DNA from: a virus
Lineage: Duplodnaviria; Caudoviricetes
DNA length: 45,971 nucleotides
Reading direction: 5' to 3' (one strand)
Virus record (IMG/VR): IMGVR_UViG_3300008251_000010
Span: 1 to 45,971 of that record
The position numbers and the translations under genes are program-made. The notes under the pieces are model-generated. The model saw only the letters and a program-made list of their open reading frames with translations, did no database searches and had not been told where the DNA came from. Every line of letters begins with the position of its first letter. Within the stretch, counting starts at the first letter, position 1. This document shows positions 7,880 to 18,056 of this stretch, one piece after another.

Positions 7880-8500
7880 AGGGAAAAAGCTTTTGTACTC
7901 AATGTGCGTAGCACATGTAGCGGAGCGAAACTTCTTTCCGTGATGTATTTAAGTATCGGTAAACGCGAATAACGAATCGAAGATAGTCAAGAGAGATCAT
8001 TGTCGGACTCAATTCGACCACAGTAGTTAACAGGCGCACTATCTCAAGTAGAAAATAAATATTTTTATATGCCCCCTGATAAACAAAATCTTTTCCTAAC
8101 GTATTACATAAAACCAAAAGATATTACTGTAATGAAGTCCCACTGGGGCATCTAGTTCTACCCCATGAAAACTTAGATTAATTCGCGTTAGCGATTTCTT
8201 AATCTAAGGATTGATTAAAGGGGTAGGCATTATTGGGGTATGCAGGTTTGCCCTTTAGGGCAGGGCCGGCAGGGGCAGCGCCCCTAAGAGGGGTATGCAC
8301 TCAACGCGAAAAATATATTTAAATTATTACTCGATGCTCTAGCGAGGTTACGAGCCTTATATTTAAAGGTATTTAAAAGACTCTATATAAAGCCATCACG
8401 AACTTTATCTTCAACGGCAATAACCACCACTAATTTAAGCTAAACCATCACCAGTGTAGTTACAGGGATTACAACTTATCACCAATTAAAATCTAAAAAT
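7880..8500. other. Putative replication origin region
   Basis: No convincing ORF; next to the putative rep gene; nested inverted repeats at 8158-8226, GC-rich hairpins at 8250-8285, AT-rich tracts. Confidence 0.45.
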
Positions 8501-8682
8501 ATAAAAGGGGTTATAGTTGATTAATGAACAAAAAAACAACATTTATATACTATCAACCACCTTAAAAAATAGAGATATACAAACACAAAACACACTAAAG
8601 TATAAAAAACGTTCAATAAAAAACACTCAGGCACGGCAAAACACAGCACTTGGCGCTGTTATAAATAAAATATGGTGTAAAG

Positions 8683-9450
8683 CTAAGTGGTTGCTTGGTT
8701 CTGACTCATAATTTCAGCAAAGGATCGGGTTTTACCTCTTTGGTTTTTAGAGGCGTTACCAGGTGATACGGGTTGAGGTTTACTTCTTTTGATCTTGATC
8801 TTACTCGGTAGGGAAAAAACATAACGTACAGCGCGTTTAGCGGTATCTTTAGCATAATCAATCGCTTTAGATTTTAGCATCGTTGCCATTAAACGCTTAA
8901 CAGTCATAAAAGCCCAATTAGTTTTAGTGCAAATGTCAGAAATGGTTTGTCTGTAGCTTTTATTTTTGTTCTTTGAATTTATAAAATTAGATCTAATTTT
9001 AGTGGCTATTACCGCATTAAGCATCAGAGCCTTGTGTTCATGGCGCGAATCATGTCGGCTTTTAGATGTGAACCCCTTAAAATCTACAGCGTAAAGATTA
9101 AAGTAATTACCTTTTAATTTTTTCTTCATCGCTTGATGCGCTACCAAATGACTAAAAGCAACGTCATGCGCTGGGTTAATGGTGATAGTACGCTTATAGC
9201 CTTTCTCCGCTTTATCTTGAATGATCATATCTTTTTTTATTAAATCATCAATGGCTTTTTTAACTGCATTAACAGAGTAGTTTAAATGTTTTGCTATGGC
9301 GGAAACTTGAGACTTAAATTGACCAAAAGTCGCATTAAAATGGGCTATATGAGAAAAGACTAAAGTCTGTGTTTCAGACTGGGTGACTTGTAATACCTCA
9401 AGAGAGAAGTACACAATTTTATTTTTAGCTGGCTTACTATTAATTGTCAT
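8683..9450 (-). CDS. Putative replication initiator with two winged-HTH-like units
   Basis: SQVSAIAKHLNYSVNAVKKAIDDLIKKDMI and TISDICTKTNWAFMTVKRLMATM; very basic; next to the par locus and origin-like DNA. Confidence 0.55.
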   Translation of the reverse strand: MTINSKPAKNKIVYFSLEVLQVTQSETQTLVFSHIAHFNATFGQFKSQVSAIAKHLNYSVNAVKKAIDDLIKKDMIIQDKAEKGYKRTITINPAHDVAFSHLVAHQAMKKKLKGNYFNLYAVDFKGFTSKSRHDSRHEHKALMLNAVIATKIRSNFINSKNKNKSYRQTISDICTKTNWAFMTVKRLMATMLKSKAIDYAKDTAKRAVRYVFSLPSKIKIKRSKPQPVSPGNASKNQRGKTRSFAEIMSQNQATT

Positions 9451-9580
9451 TTTTTATTTTTCTTGTGTTTTGAGTTTGCACACACACAAGAAAAACGCTA
9501 ATATAGCTTTACAGCATATTCTTGTGTTTGCTGTCGGGGTAGATGTTACTAGCATGCTATCCGACCAAATTACATAAAAT

Positions 9581-9609
9581 AACCCATTCTGCCAGGACTG
9601 GGTTTTTTT
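9581..9609 (+). terminator. Intrinsic terminator antisense to the rep leader
   Basis: AACCCA..TGGGTT stem followed by a T run on the + strand. Confidence 0.5.
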
Positions 9610-9818
9610 ATGCCTAAAATTCGAGTCTTTGTTTTTATCATCGTCAACCGCCTTAATTACAGTAAAAAACACTGCTTAGCTGACTGGTCTTTAATTCTAA
9701 TCAAAAACGAGTAATTACGCAAATTTATATTTATGATGGCTTTTAGCCTATATAAATACATAAAGTGGGTAATGATGAAAGGATCAAAGATCTAATCCTT
9801 TCAAAAGACTATACCCGA

Positions 9819-12800
9819 TCACTGAGCGCCATACAAAGCATATTCATTTTTCAAGTGATCTAAGTGCGGATTAAGCATCAAACCATTGTCTGACTTTTTG
9901 CTGTACTGCTTACGGCGGCGTATACTTTTGATTAAAGTAGCCCTTGTTAATTTATATTCAGGATTTGCCACATTATACTTATCTATCATGGCTAATACCT
10001 CTTGCTGGCGTTCGGTATCGTCTAATCGTTTAGCCATTGCATAACGATTTAATAATAAACGTCTACGGCCTAATATACGTTGCTCAGCACCTTTAATACT
10101 TGAGTTGTTAGAATAGGCTTCACCTACTGCCGCAGGGCTAAAACCACTGCCTTGCAATACCACTTCAAGCAAACTTAAATCTTCGCCTTTTATGATTTCA
10201 TCACCGCGTAAATTAGTGACTCCCTCATTGTTATAGCGGATTGCTTTACGTACATCTTTGGCGAACTTAGGTAACGCATATTCAATACCACGCCAAGTGT
10301 GATCTTCTTTAATTAACTGACTTGCCATACCGCCACTTAATGCCAAACCATATACCGGCCCTAAAAACTGCTCAGCATAATAAGCCACTTTGTCACGGCC
10401 CTCTAATTCGCGGTTAGATTCACGTAACCATAAATTATTTAAACTCACACGACTTTGAATATTTGCACCGGTTTCATTTAATAAACCGTTCATTGCAATA
10501 CGGGCCATATCTTCGCCAAACATACTGCTTAGATTTTGACGTAAAGCAACATCTGCATCCCACGGCTCGTCCTCGTCATCGCCTAATAAATTAGCGAGGC
10601 CGGTCATAACAGAATAAAGTGGTAAACCGGCAGTACCAGCAAATACACCCGTCATGCCCATAATGCCCCAAAATTGCTTTTTCGCCTGGGCTGCTTCGTC
10701 TTTGTCTTTACTAAACTGGTTTTTAAAATCGCGCCATAAACGTACCGTCATGTTTAAGCTGTACTGTCTAAATAATAACAATACTTTAGCAAAATCATTT
10801 TGCATGTATCTGGCACGATTAGCGCTAGAATAATCAAAGTGTGATTCAATGGTTAAGTCATGTGCCGTTTTTACTGCCTCTTTAAAACCTTTGCCATCTT
10901 CGCGGGCCAGCCTAAAACTTGCCATTGCCGTTACTTCACGGTTAAGCCTTTCAGCATGGTGAAATAAATAACTGGCGCGAGACATCCACTTTTGCATTTT
11001 AGGGTTATAGCTTTCGCCGCCCTCTGCAACACCGGCTAAATCGTGTGCCATTGTTTTATCTATTAAACCGCTTTGCATAAAATACTTCATGGCGCGGCGT
11101 TCTTCGGTATTGAGTGGCGATTTATCTAAATGACCTTTGCCTTTTAATAATTCACCGCCCGCTTTAAGTAACATTTTACCGGCCTTTTTAAAGCCGTATC
11201 TGCTGGCTAAAACAGGATATGCAATTAAAGGTGTTTGCGATAAATTGACCATCGCAGCCGCAGGACTCACACCTAAGTAATACATAAAACCAAAGCTGGT
11301 TAAATTTGTTGCCAGTGGGCTACCTGTCGGGTTCATTATCCAACCGTGACGCGATTGCATTTCGTTGGTTAAGTCGCGGGCCTTATTGTTTTTAGGCACA
11401 GTAGGCTGGTTATGTGCTTCATCACGCATAATGTTAAGCGCCTTATCAAGCCTATGAGCAAATGCCAATTTAGAAATTTCGTATGCACCATGAAATGTAT
11501 TATGGGCAAATGACTTAATCGCATCTTGGCTATAACCGGCTGTTCCTTTACGGCGAATAAAATGCTTACGCATCGACATGTCAGGCAACGACTGTAAATA
11601 TAATTGATATACATCATCACTTACCTGGTCATTTAACTTAGGTAATAAATCACGAATGAATTGCGGGCTAATAGAATCTAATGCACTGTTAAAGTCTGCT
11701 TTTTTACCGCCTGTTATTTCTACCTCATTACCAAACTCTTTGCGTTTTTCTTCAAGCCATTGGCCTTGCTCATACTCAGTTTCAAATAAACTGAATTCAA
11801 TGACTTCACCTTTTACTTTTTGCCCGTCAACTTCGCTATCTGGCTTTTTAACCACACCGCTATATTCACCATGACGACTTAATGGAATATAAAAACCGCG
11901 TTTATGATTTTGTTCATACTGAAACTGCCACATATCTAAGGTACGTTTAGCATATTGTTTATTGGCTGTTTCTTCTTTAATACGTTGCACAAAAGCATTG
12001 TTTTTAATTTCAGCTTGCTTTTGATAGGCATCAACAATGTCAGTCATTTGCTTTTGCCATTTGTCAGGCAAGGCTTTAAAGCGGGCATGTAGTGCATTGT
12101 AAGCTTGTTCACGTTCGCCGTTTTCTTCTTTAATTAAAGCAGCTTGGGCAAACTTCATAGTTTTGCTGAATTCGTCTTGATCTTCTAAGCTTTTAGTTTC
12201 AAGTGCCTTGGTCATTAACTTAGATTTTAAATCATCATAACGTTGCTCAGTCATAGCAGGAATATACTTTTCCATACGCGGATCAACATTATCTAAGGTG
12301 GCATCATGTAATAAGTCAGCAAATAATTTACCGCCGTCTTTATCGCTATCGTGTAGTGCTTGCCATGCTTTTACTTGGTCAAAGCTGGTTGTTTGCATGG
12401 TAGAACGCCACGCATCAATTTTTTGTACGGTATCTTCAAAGGCAGTCATAGCCCCTTTGTAAGCCACACTTAAATCTTTTGCGACACCTTGCAAGTAAGT
12501 GCGGGGCATCATGCCCAACACTTTACGGCGGTGTTTGGCATAGAGCGAATGCGCTCTATCACCTAGCGACTTTTTTAATAAGTCTTTGTCCTCCTGGTTC
12601 ATATTGCTTAAATCAGTGACACCATTTAAGGCATTGCTCATTAAGTCATTGGCTTTAGTGATTTGCGCACTAATATGATCGGGTACTGATTTAGCGTAAA
12701 AAGTTTTACCGCCGTCATTACCTGGGCCATTTGGATCGGTTGGATTAGTGGCTTTTTTCATACTGCGCTCAATAGCATTGAGTACGCCTTGTATTTCACT

Positions 12801-15800
12801 TTGGCTAATTTGTTCAGCCGGTAAAATACCCACTTTACGTAAGCCTTTAATTAATACGTTTTTAATACGCACCCAAAGGGCGCTCAACTTGCCTAAATCA
12901 GCTTGTGCCAGTTTACCTATTACCTCATTGGCTTGGGCTGCTTGGTCAAATTCAGGATAGTTTTGTTCAACGTCTTGCCATACATCACTTAGTTTACCCT
13001 CTCGCCCTGCAATGACTCGGCTAATAAGCTGCTCATAATCTGCTTTATTAAGCACTTTATTTAAACCATGATGGGCAATCACTTCTTCACGTAAAATCTT
13101 TTTAAGGGCCGTACCACTGCCAATATTGTCACGTACTACATACACTTGCCCATTTTGATAACTGGCTTGTGCTAAGCCCTCGCTAGGTGGATTAGGTAAG
13201 TCACTTTGACTTTGTACGATTTCAACTTTGACCTGTGCCGCACCCTTTAAGCCAGTGATAAAGTTATTAACAATGCGCTTAGCTAAAACATTAGGAATAC
13301 TTTTAGCCGGTTGTTCTGTGGTTTTGGCGTAAAGCGCTATGCCCTTATCAGTCTCTTTGGTTTTAAGGGTTGCAAACAAGTGATCGTAAGCTTGCTTTAA
13401 AGCCGGAACTTCATCAATCACAGGATAAGGATAAGATTTTTCATCCTCCAAGCCCCATGCTTGTTCGCTGGTAATATTAGCTAAATAATCATTAGTCCAA
13501 TTGTTATCTTTCGCCTTGCCAATAATATAACTTTCAAAAGTACGGGCTGCCATTTCAATCGTTTTGGCCCAATATGCTTTAGATCTACGGGCATCTAATT
13601 TAGTTGACCTTGCTGGTAAACCTGAGTTTTTGATCACTCGTACAATTTGATTAAATGCTTTGGCAACTTCTGGGCGTATTGCTTCATTAGGTAGGGCATA
13701 CGGATGTTCAGTAATAAAACCTCTGTCTGATTTTTGTTTACCAAAGTAATCATCAAATGCATGAAACCATTCATGGGCCAAAGAACCCGCACCTGATTTT
13801 TTAGTTAAATTAATCACTACCTTACCAGGTTCGTAATGTGCCGCTGCTGGCGTTTTTCCACCGCTGCCACGCGCACCAAATGCTAAACCTAACGCGCCAT
13901 CTAAACTCAATGCTTTAGGCGGTATATTTAATAGCTCGGCTAAATCCATTAAACCATCATAAGCTTGGTTTAAATCTTTTTGACGTTTACCTTGCTCTAC
14001 CCAATTACCAAATTCTACGCCTCTAAAACCAAAGGTATCAGCAAATACAGCAGGCGTTACATTGTCGGCATAACGCTCTGGGCCAATACGTGCCTGATTA
14101 ACTGGCTTGCGCATATTAGGTGTGGCTTTCATTTGCTGTAGTGTGGTTTCAACATCATCACGGTTACTTTCTAAATATGCTCTGGCCTCTTTGGTTGTGG
14201 CAAAGTCTTTAATTTTTAAAACACCACTTGCGCCTTTCCAACCTAAATAAACCGTTTTATCAGCACGGCTAACATACACACTAATTTTACTGTGTTTACC
14301 TGTTTTACTGGTTGCATTGTTATCACTATTAATAACGGTTTCAAGTGCCTTTTGCGTTACCTCTAACGACTCGTTACCCTCTAAACCTAAACGTCTGCCA
14401 TTGTGCATGACTTCATAAATTGGTTTGTTTGGGTCGCGTTCTTCGCCTTTATATAAAGAATAGCCACGACCCTCAATACGATATTTAGCAGCCACTTTTA
14501 ATTTATTGGGAGCTGTTTTAGCTAATACCGCAACCGCATCTTTAATGCCTCTAAAGGTATGACCTAAATCGTCAATATCATTAATAATATCGCTGACACT
14601 GGCAACGTCTTTAATAAGCAATTTAGTTAAGTTTCTAATGGTTTGAACTTGCTTAGTCCAACGAGTTAACTTATGTGCCACTCTTGGCTTGCTCGGTATG
14701 GCATCACGTAATAATGCAATAACAGCCATTTTGTCACCACTTACGCCTGACTCTGCCAATTTTTCATAATCAGGCTGTGGAAAGGTTTTACTTAATGGCT
14801 CACTGCTTAAATCTATTTCTTTATTAAGTGACTCTTTAAATGCACCCCAGACTTCTTTTTTAGCACCGCCAATTTTTTCACCAAAATCATTAATGGCTTC
14901 TTGCGGTTCTACTTGGGTTTCATCCTGAATATCATTTTGTGAGTTATCCACATTTTCTGTGGTTAACTCGGTGCTTTGCTCTGTATTATTTTCGGTACTA
15001 TCGTCGGTGCTTTCCTCTGCATTTGCTGATTCATCTTGCTTAGACTCACTATGTATAGCGGGGGTGCTATGCATATCGGTATTTTGTGCTTCAACCGATA
15101 AATCAGCCGTAGTGTCATCGGTATTAACGTCACCTTTTTCACTTTGTATATCATCAGTGCTATGCATAGCATCCTGTGCCAATTCACCAGCAATGTTTTC
15201 ACCAGTGTAAGCATGGTCACTGCTGACGGTTGTTGTGTTTGCCACTTGATCTGCTTTTGGTGTCCAGTTGCCCTCACTGGCAAACCAGTTAGTTAACGCA
15301 TGATCTAAACGCTTTTTAGCGTGTGCTTTTTCGCGGGTATCTTTAATGCGATTAAGCTCACGTTCTTTTGCCATATCAACACGCGCTATGGCCTCGGCCT
15401 TATTGCTATCACCTTGTTTGTTAGCATTAGCAAAAGCCTGTGCCATTGCCTCACTTGGTTGGTAGCTTTGTGGAATGGTTTTATTAATATCATTTAAAGC
15501 GGCATCAAGTTTTAACTGCTGGCGTTTATTGGCAGCTATGGCTAACTGTTTTTTAAATGTTTTACGTTTTGGCTTTAAAGTTTTAGCGAGGTTTTGCAAA
15601 CGGGTAGAATTAGCACGGCGCTCGGCTATGATCAAACCGCTTTTAGTGGGATTAGTTTGGCGCTGTGTCTGTTGCTCTAATACCGTCTCACGGCGAGTAA
15701 CTTGTGATGCTTGTTGCGCTAAATCAGCTTGGTGTTGGGATTTTGCTTGGTCAAAATCACCATCGCGCACCACTTGATTTACTTGCTCGGTTTTTTGCCA

Positions 15801-18056
15801 ATAATCAGCTTCATCGGCAATATCTTGCTGCTGTTTTTTTTGTTTGTTTTCTACAATTTCATCAACCACATTTTTTGCATATTGCTTACGGCCTTGAATT
15901 TTTGTTGCTGCATTCACAATCACATCTTTGGCTTGTTCTTGCTTGGCTTGCTCAAAACGTCTTTGCTCTGCGGCTAAATATATTTCACTGGCTGCTTGTG
16001 GTTTAGGTGCATTTTTAGCTTTTTGATTCGCTAATGATTGCGCTTCAAGTGCTGCGGTTGCCTCGCGGTCTTGCTGCATTTGTTTTGCAAGGTTTGTTTC
16101 TTTACGTTGTGATTTAGTGGGCTGATTATCCACTACACTTTGTAACCTGCTGGCTGTGGCATCACCATTTGATGCAATAGAAAACACTTGTTGGTTTAGG
16201 GTTTCTAAATCTGCGGGGCTTTGCTCACTGCTAAAGAAAGTCTCTTTTGCTTGCTGTAATCTAACAGGGTCGATTGCCTCGGCATCTTGCACCATTTGCA
16301 TATCGAGGCTTTGTGTTTCAAGGGGGGCTTTGTTGTTATCAACGAGTTTATCTCTTAATACACTACGTTGTTCGCTTAATGAATTAGCTGTATTTGTTGG
16401 GGCTTGGGTATTATTAACATCAGGTACGTCCATGCCTAAACTTGGTGCGGGTTGTTGGCTTGTTGGGCTAGTTGTTTGGTTAGGTAATGGCACGGCTAAT
16501 ACTTCGCCAGTTTCAGGGTCGATATTGTCCATGTTCATAGCCGATGTTTGTGGGCTATTAAAACTGCTTTGCTGTGCTGGCGCTTGATGGCTATTAGTAT
16601 TTAATACCCCCAACAAGCCTTGTTTAAATGCGTGTTCGTTTTTATCTTTTTTAAAGTTATCTTCTAGAATTCGGGTATGTTCGTAGTTTAAAACCCTTGC
16701 TGCGGCTACCGGCTGTTTTAAGTTTAATGGAATGGTACGCGCTATTTTTTGTTTTTGTACCTTGGCACGGTCTTTATCATGCCATTGATTTACTTGTTGT
16801 ACTGCTTGGCTTAATTGTTGGTCTACATCTGCGGCACTGGTATCGGGGCGCACATTATCAACTGAGGGTTTAATGGCTGATAAATCAACTTGCTGTGCTG
16901 TTTGCTCTGCGGTTTTCTGTGCTGCATTTTGATTAGCTTGTGCCTGTTGCTGTGCATTTATTTGGCTTTGGGCATTAGCTTGGGTTTGCGCCACAATATC
17001 AGCGGTTTGCTGTTGTGCGGCATCGAGGGAGGCATGACCTGTTTTAGCCACTGGAGCGGCTTTTACTGGTTGGCCTGGTTCATTCATACCGGCTCTTTTA
17101 TTAACACCATGACCAATTGCAGCCATTGTGCCACCCATTGCACCACCAATTAATGCCTCATTTAAACCACTGGCTATTACGCCTCGGGTTGGGTCAATGG
17201 TGCTGTCTACCGTTTGTGCATGTTGCTTAACGGTATATGCCTCGGTTGCACCTTGCGCAAATTCGCTTGATCCCTCTACTGCAAAACCTTTGGCTACAGA
17301 AGATTTAAAGCTTTTACCTAATGCTTTGCCTAAGCCTTTAGCAATAATCGGATCGCCTATGGCGCTGGCTGCAAAGTTAGCAATTAATAGCTTAGGGTCG
17401 CTCATTACCTCAGATTCAATTTGCTCTTTTAAGCTATGTTTGGCTTTTTCAAATATTTCAGCTGGTGATAGGTTTGGCGCTTGTTGGCTTTGTTCTGTAA
17501 AGTGCTGCTTAAACTTGTCGCTTTGCGCTAAGGTTTCATCACTCATGTTTTCAATAAGCTGCTGTGCTTGTAACCCTGCTTGACCTGTTGCCGCCCCCCC
17601 ACCTAACGCACCCATACTGGCACTGGTGGTAAGGGCTTTGGCTTTTGCACCGAGTTTAAATGCGGTACTTGCACCTTTGGCAATTGCACCACCTGGTAAC
17701 GCCGTTGGTAAAAATTGACCTGTTACATTGGCAAGGTTTAATACCCATGCACCTAAATCAGTTACGCCCTCGCCTAAACCAATATTGCCGTTGGCATCTT
17801 CAACAATGAATTCCTTTTGCATTGATGTACGACCATCGTCACTCATTTGATTTATTTGGTCTTGGCTAATGTCATTGAGTGAATCGGCTATGCCATCAGC
17901 ACCTAAAAAATTAAATAAACCGGCTGAGGCACTAAATGCCCCCATTTGTAAGGCATCTATTGAATCGCCAAGCATGCCTTGTTCGCTTTGTGGTTGTACT
18001 GGTGCGCTGGCAAATAAATTGGCCGCTTGTTGTTGTGCTAGTAGGTTAAAACTCAT
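9819..18056 (-). CDS. Giant polyvalent internal virion/ejection protein (LPD5/LPD1-like, metallopeptidase-like and PLxRFG-like regions)
   Basis: 2745 aa; INDFGEKIGGAKK, FRGVEFGNWV, LAHEWFHAFD, EMAARTFESY, EEVIAHHGL and YIPLSRHG motifs; last gene of the virion operon. Confidence 0.8.
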   Translation of the reverse strand: MSFNLLAQQQAANLFASAPVQPQSEQGMLGDSIDALQMGAFSASAGLFNFLGADGIADSLNDISQDQINQMSDDGRTSMQKEFIVEDANGNIGLGEGVTDLGAWVLNLANVTGQFLPTALPGGAIAKGASTAFKLGAKAKALTTSASMGALGGGAATGQAGLQAQQLIENMSDETLAQSDKFKQHFTEQSQQAPNLSPAEIFEKAKHSLKEQIESEVMSDPKLLIANFAASAIGDPIIAKGLGKALGKSFKSSVAKGFAVEGSSEFAQGATEAYTVKQHAQTVDSTIDPTRGVIASGLNEALIGGAMGGTMAAIGHGVNKRAGMNEPGQPVKAAPVAKTGHASLDAAQQQTADIVAQTQANAQSQINAQQQAQANQNAAQKTAEQTAQQVDLSAIKPSVDNVRPDTSAADVDQQLSQAVQQVNQWHDKDRAKVQKQKIARTIPLNLKQPVAAARVLNYEHTRILEDNFKKDKNEHAFKQGLLGVLNTNSHQAPAQQSSFNSPQTSAMNMDNIDPETGEVLAVPLPNQTTSPTSQQPAPSLGMDVPDVNNTQAPTNTANSLSEQRSVLRDKLVDNNKAPLETQSLDMQMVQDAEAIDPVRLQQAKETFFSSEQSPADLETLNQQVFSIASNGDATASRLQSVVDNQPTKSQRKETNLAKQMQQDREATAALEAQSLANQKAKNAPKPQAASEIYLAAEQRRFEQAKQEQAKDVIVNAATKIQGRKQYAKNVVDEIVENKQKKQQQDIADEADYWQKTEQVNQVVRDGDFDQAKSQHQADLAQQASQVTRRETVLEQQTQRQTNPTKSGLIIAERRANSTRLQNLAKTLKPKRKTFKKQLAIAANKRQQLKLDAALNDINKTIPQSYQPSEAMAQAFANANKQGDSNKAEAIARVDMAKERELNRIKDTREKAHAKKRLDHALTNWFASEGNWTPKADQVANTTTVSSDHAYTGENIAGELAQDAMHSTDDIQSEKGDVNTDDTTADLSVEAQNTDMHSTPAIHSESKQDESANAEESTDDSTENNTEQSTELTTENVDNSQNDIQDETQVEPQEAINDFGEKIGGAKKEVWGAFKESLNKEIDLSSEPLSKTFPQPDYEKLAESGVSGDKMAVIALLRDAIPSKPRVAHKLTRWTKQVQTIRNLTKLLIKDVASVSDIINDIDDLGHTFRGIKDAVAVLAKTAPNKLKVAAKYRIEGRGYSLYKGEERDPNKPIYEVMHNGRRLGLEGNESLEVTQKALETVINSDNNATSKTGKHSKISVYVSRADKTVYLGWKGASGVLKIKDFATTKEARAYLESNRDDVETTLQQMKATPNMRKPVNQARIGPERYADNVTPAVFADTFGFRGVEFGNWVEQGKRQKDLNQAYDGLMDLAELLNIPPKALSLDGALGLAFGARGSGGKTPAAAHYEPGKVVINLTKKSGAGSLAHEWFHAFDDYFGKQKSDRGFITEHPYALPNEAIRPEVAKAFNQIVRVIKNSGLPARSTKLDARRSKAYWAKTIEMAARTFESYIIGKAKDNNWTNDYLANITSEQAWGLEDEKSYPYPVIDEVPALKQAYDHLFATLKTKETDKGIALYAKTTEQPAKSIPNVLAKRIVNNFITGLKGAAQVKVEIVQSQSDLPNPPSEGLAQASYQNGQVYVVRDNIGSGTALKKILREEVIAHHGLNKVLNKADYEQLISRVIAGREGKLSDVWQDVEQNYPEFDQAAQANEVIGKLAQADLGKLSALWVRIKNVLIKGLRKVGILPAEQISQSEIQGVLNAIERSMKKATNPTDPNGPGNDGGKTFYAKSVPDHISAQITKANDLMSNALNGVTDLSNMNQEDKDLLKKSLGDRAHSLYAKHRRKVLGMMPRTYLQGVAKDLSVAYKGAMTAFEDTVQKIDAWRSTMQTTSFDQVKAWQALHDSDKDGGKLFADLLHDATLDNVDPRMEKYIPAMTEQRYDDLKSKLMTKALETKSLEDQDEFSKTMKFAQAALIKEENGEREQAYNALHARFKALPDKWQKQMTDIVDAYQKQAEIKNNAFVQRIKEETANKQYAKRTLDMWQFQYEQNHKRGFYIPLSRHGEYSGVVKKPDSEVDGQKVKGEVIEFSLFETEYEQGQWLEEKRKEFGNEVEITGGKKADFNSALDSISPQFIRDLLPKLNDQVSDDVYQLYLQSLPDMSMRKHFIRRKGTAGYSQDAIKSFAHNTFHGAYEISKLAFAHRLDKALNIMRDEAHNQPTVPKNNKARDLTNEMQSRHGWIMNPTGSPLATNLTSFGFMYYLGVSPAAAMVNLSQTPLIAYPVLASRYGFKKAGKMLLKAGGELLKGKGHLDKSPLNTEERRAMKYFMQSGLIDKTMAHDLAGVAEGGESYNPKMQKWMSRASYLFHHAERLNREVTAMASFRLAREDGKGFKEAVKTAHDLTIESHFDYSSANRARYMQNDFAKVLLLFRQYSLNMTVRLWRDFKNQFSKDKDEAAQAKKQFWGIMGMTGVFAGTAGLPLYSVMTGLANLLGDDEDEPWDADVALRQNLSSMFGEDMARIAMNGLLNETGANIQSRVSLNNLWLRESNRELEGRDKVAYYAEQFLGPVYGLALSGGMASQLIKEDHTWRGIEYALPKFAKDVRKAIRYNNEGVTNLRGDEIIKGEDLSLLEVVLQGSGFSPAAVGEAYSNNSSIKGAEQRILGRRRLLLNRYAMAKRLDDTERQQEVLAMIDKYNVANPEYKLTRATLIKSIRRRKQYSKKSDNGLMLNPHLDHLKNEYALYGAQ

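Noticed and set aside
7899-8711. 72-aa and 64-aa ORFs in the origin-like region
   Set aside because: Alternative starts without RBS and low-complexity AT-driven sequences.
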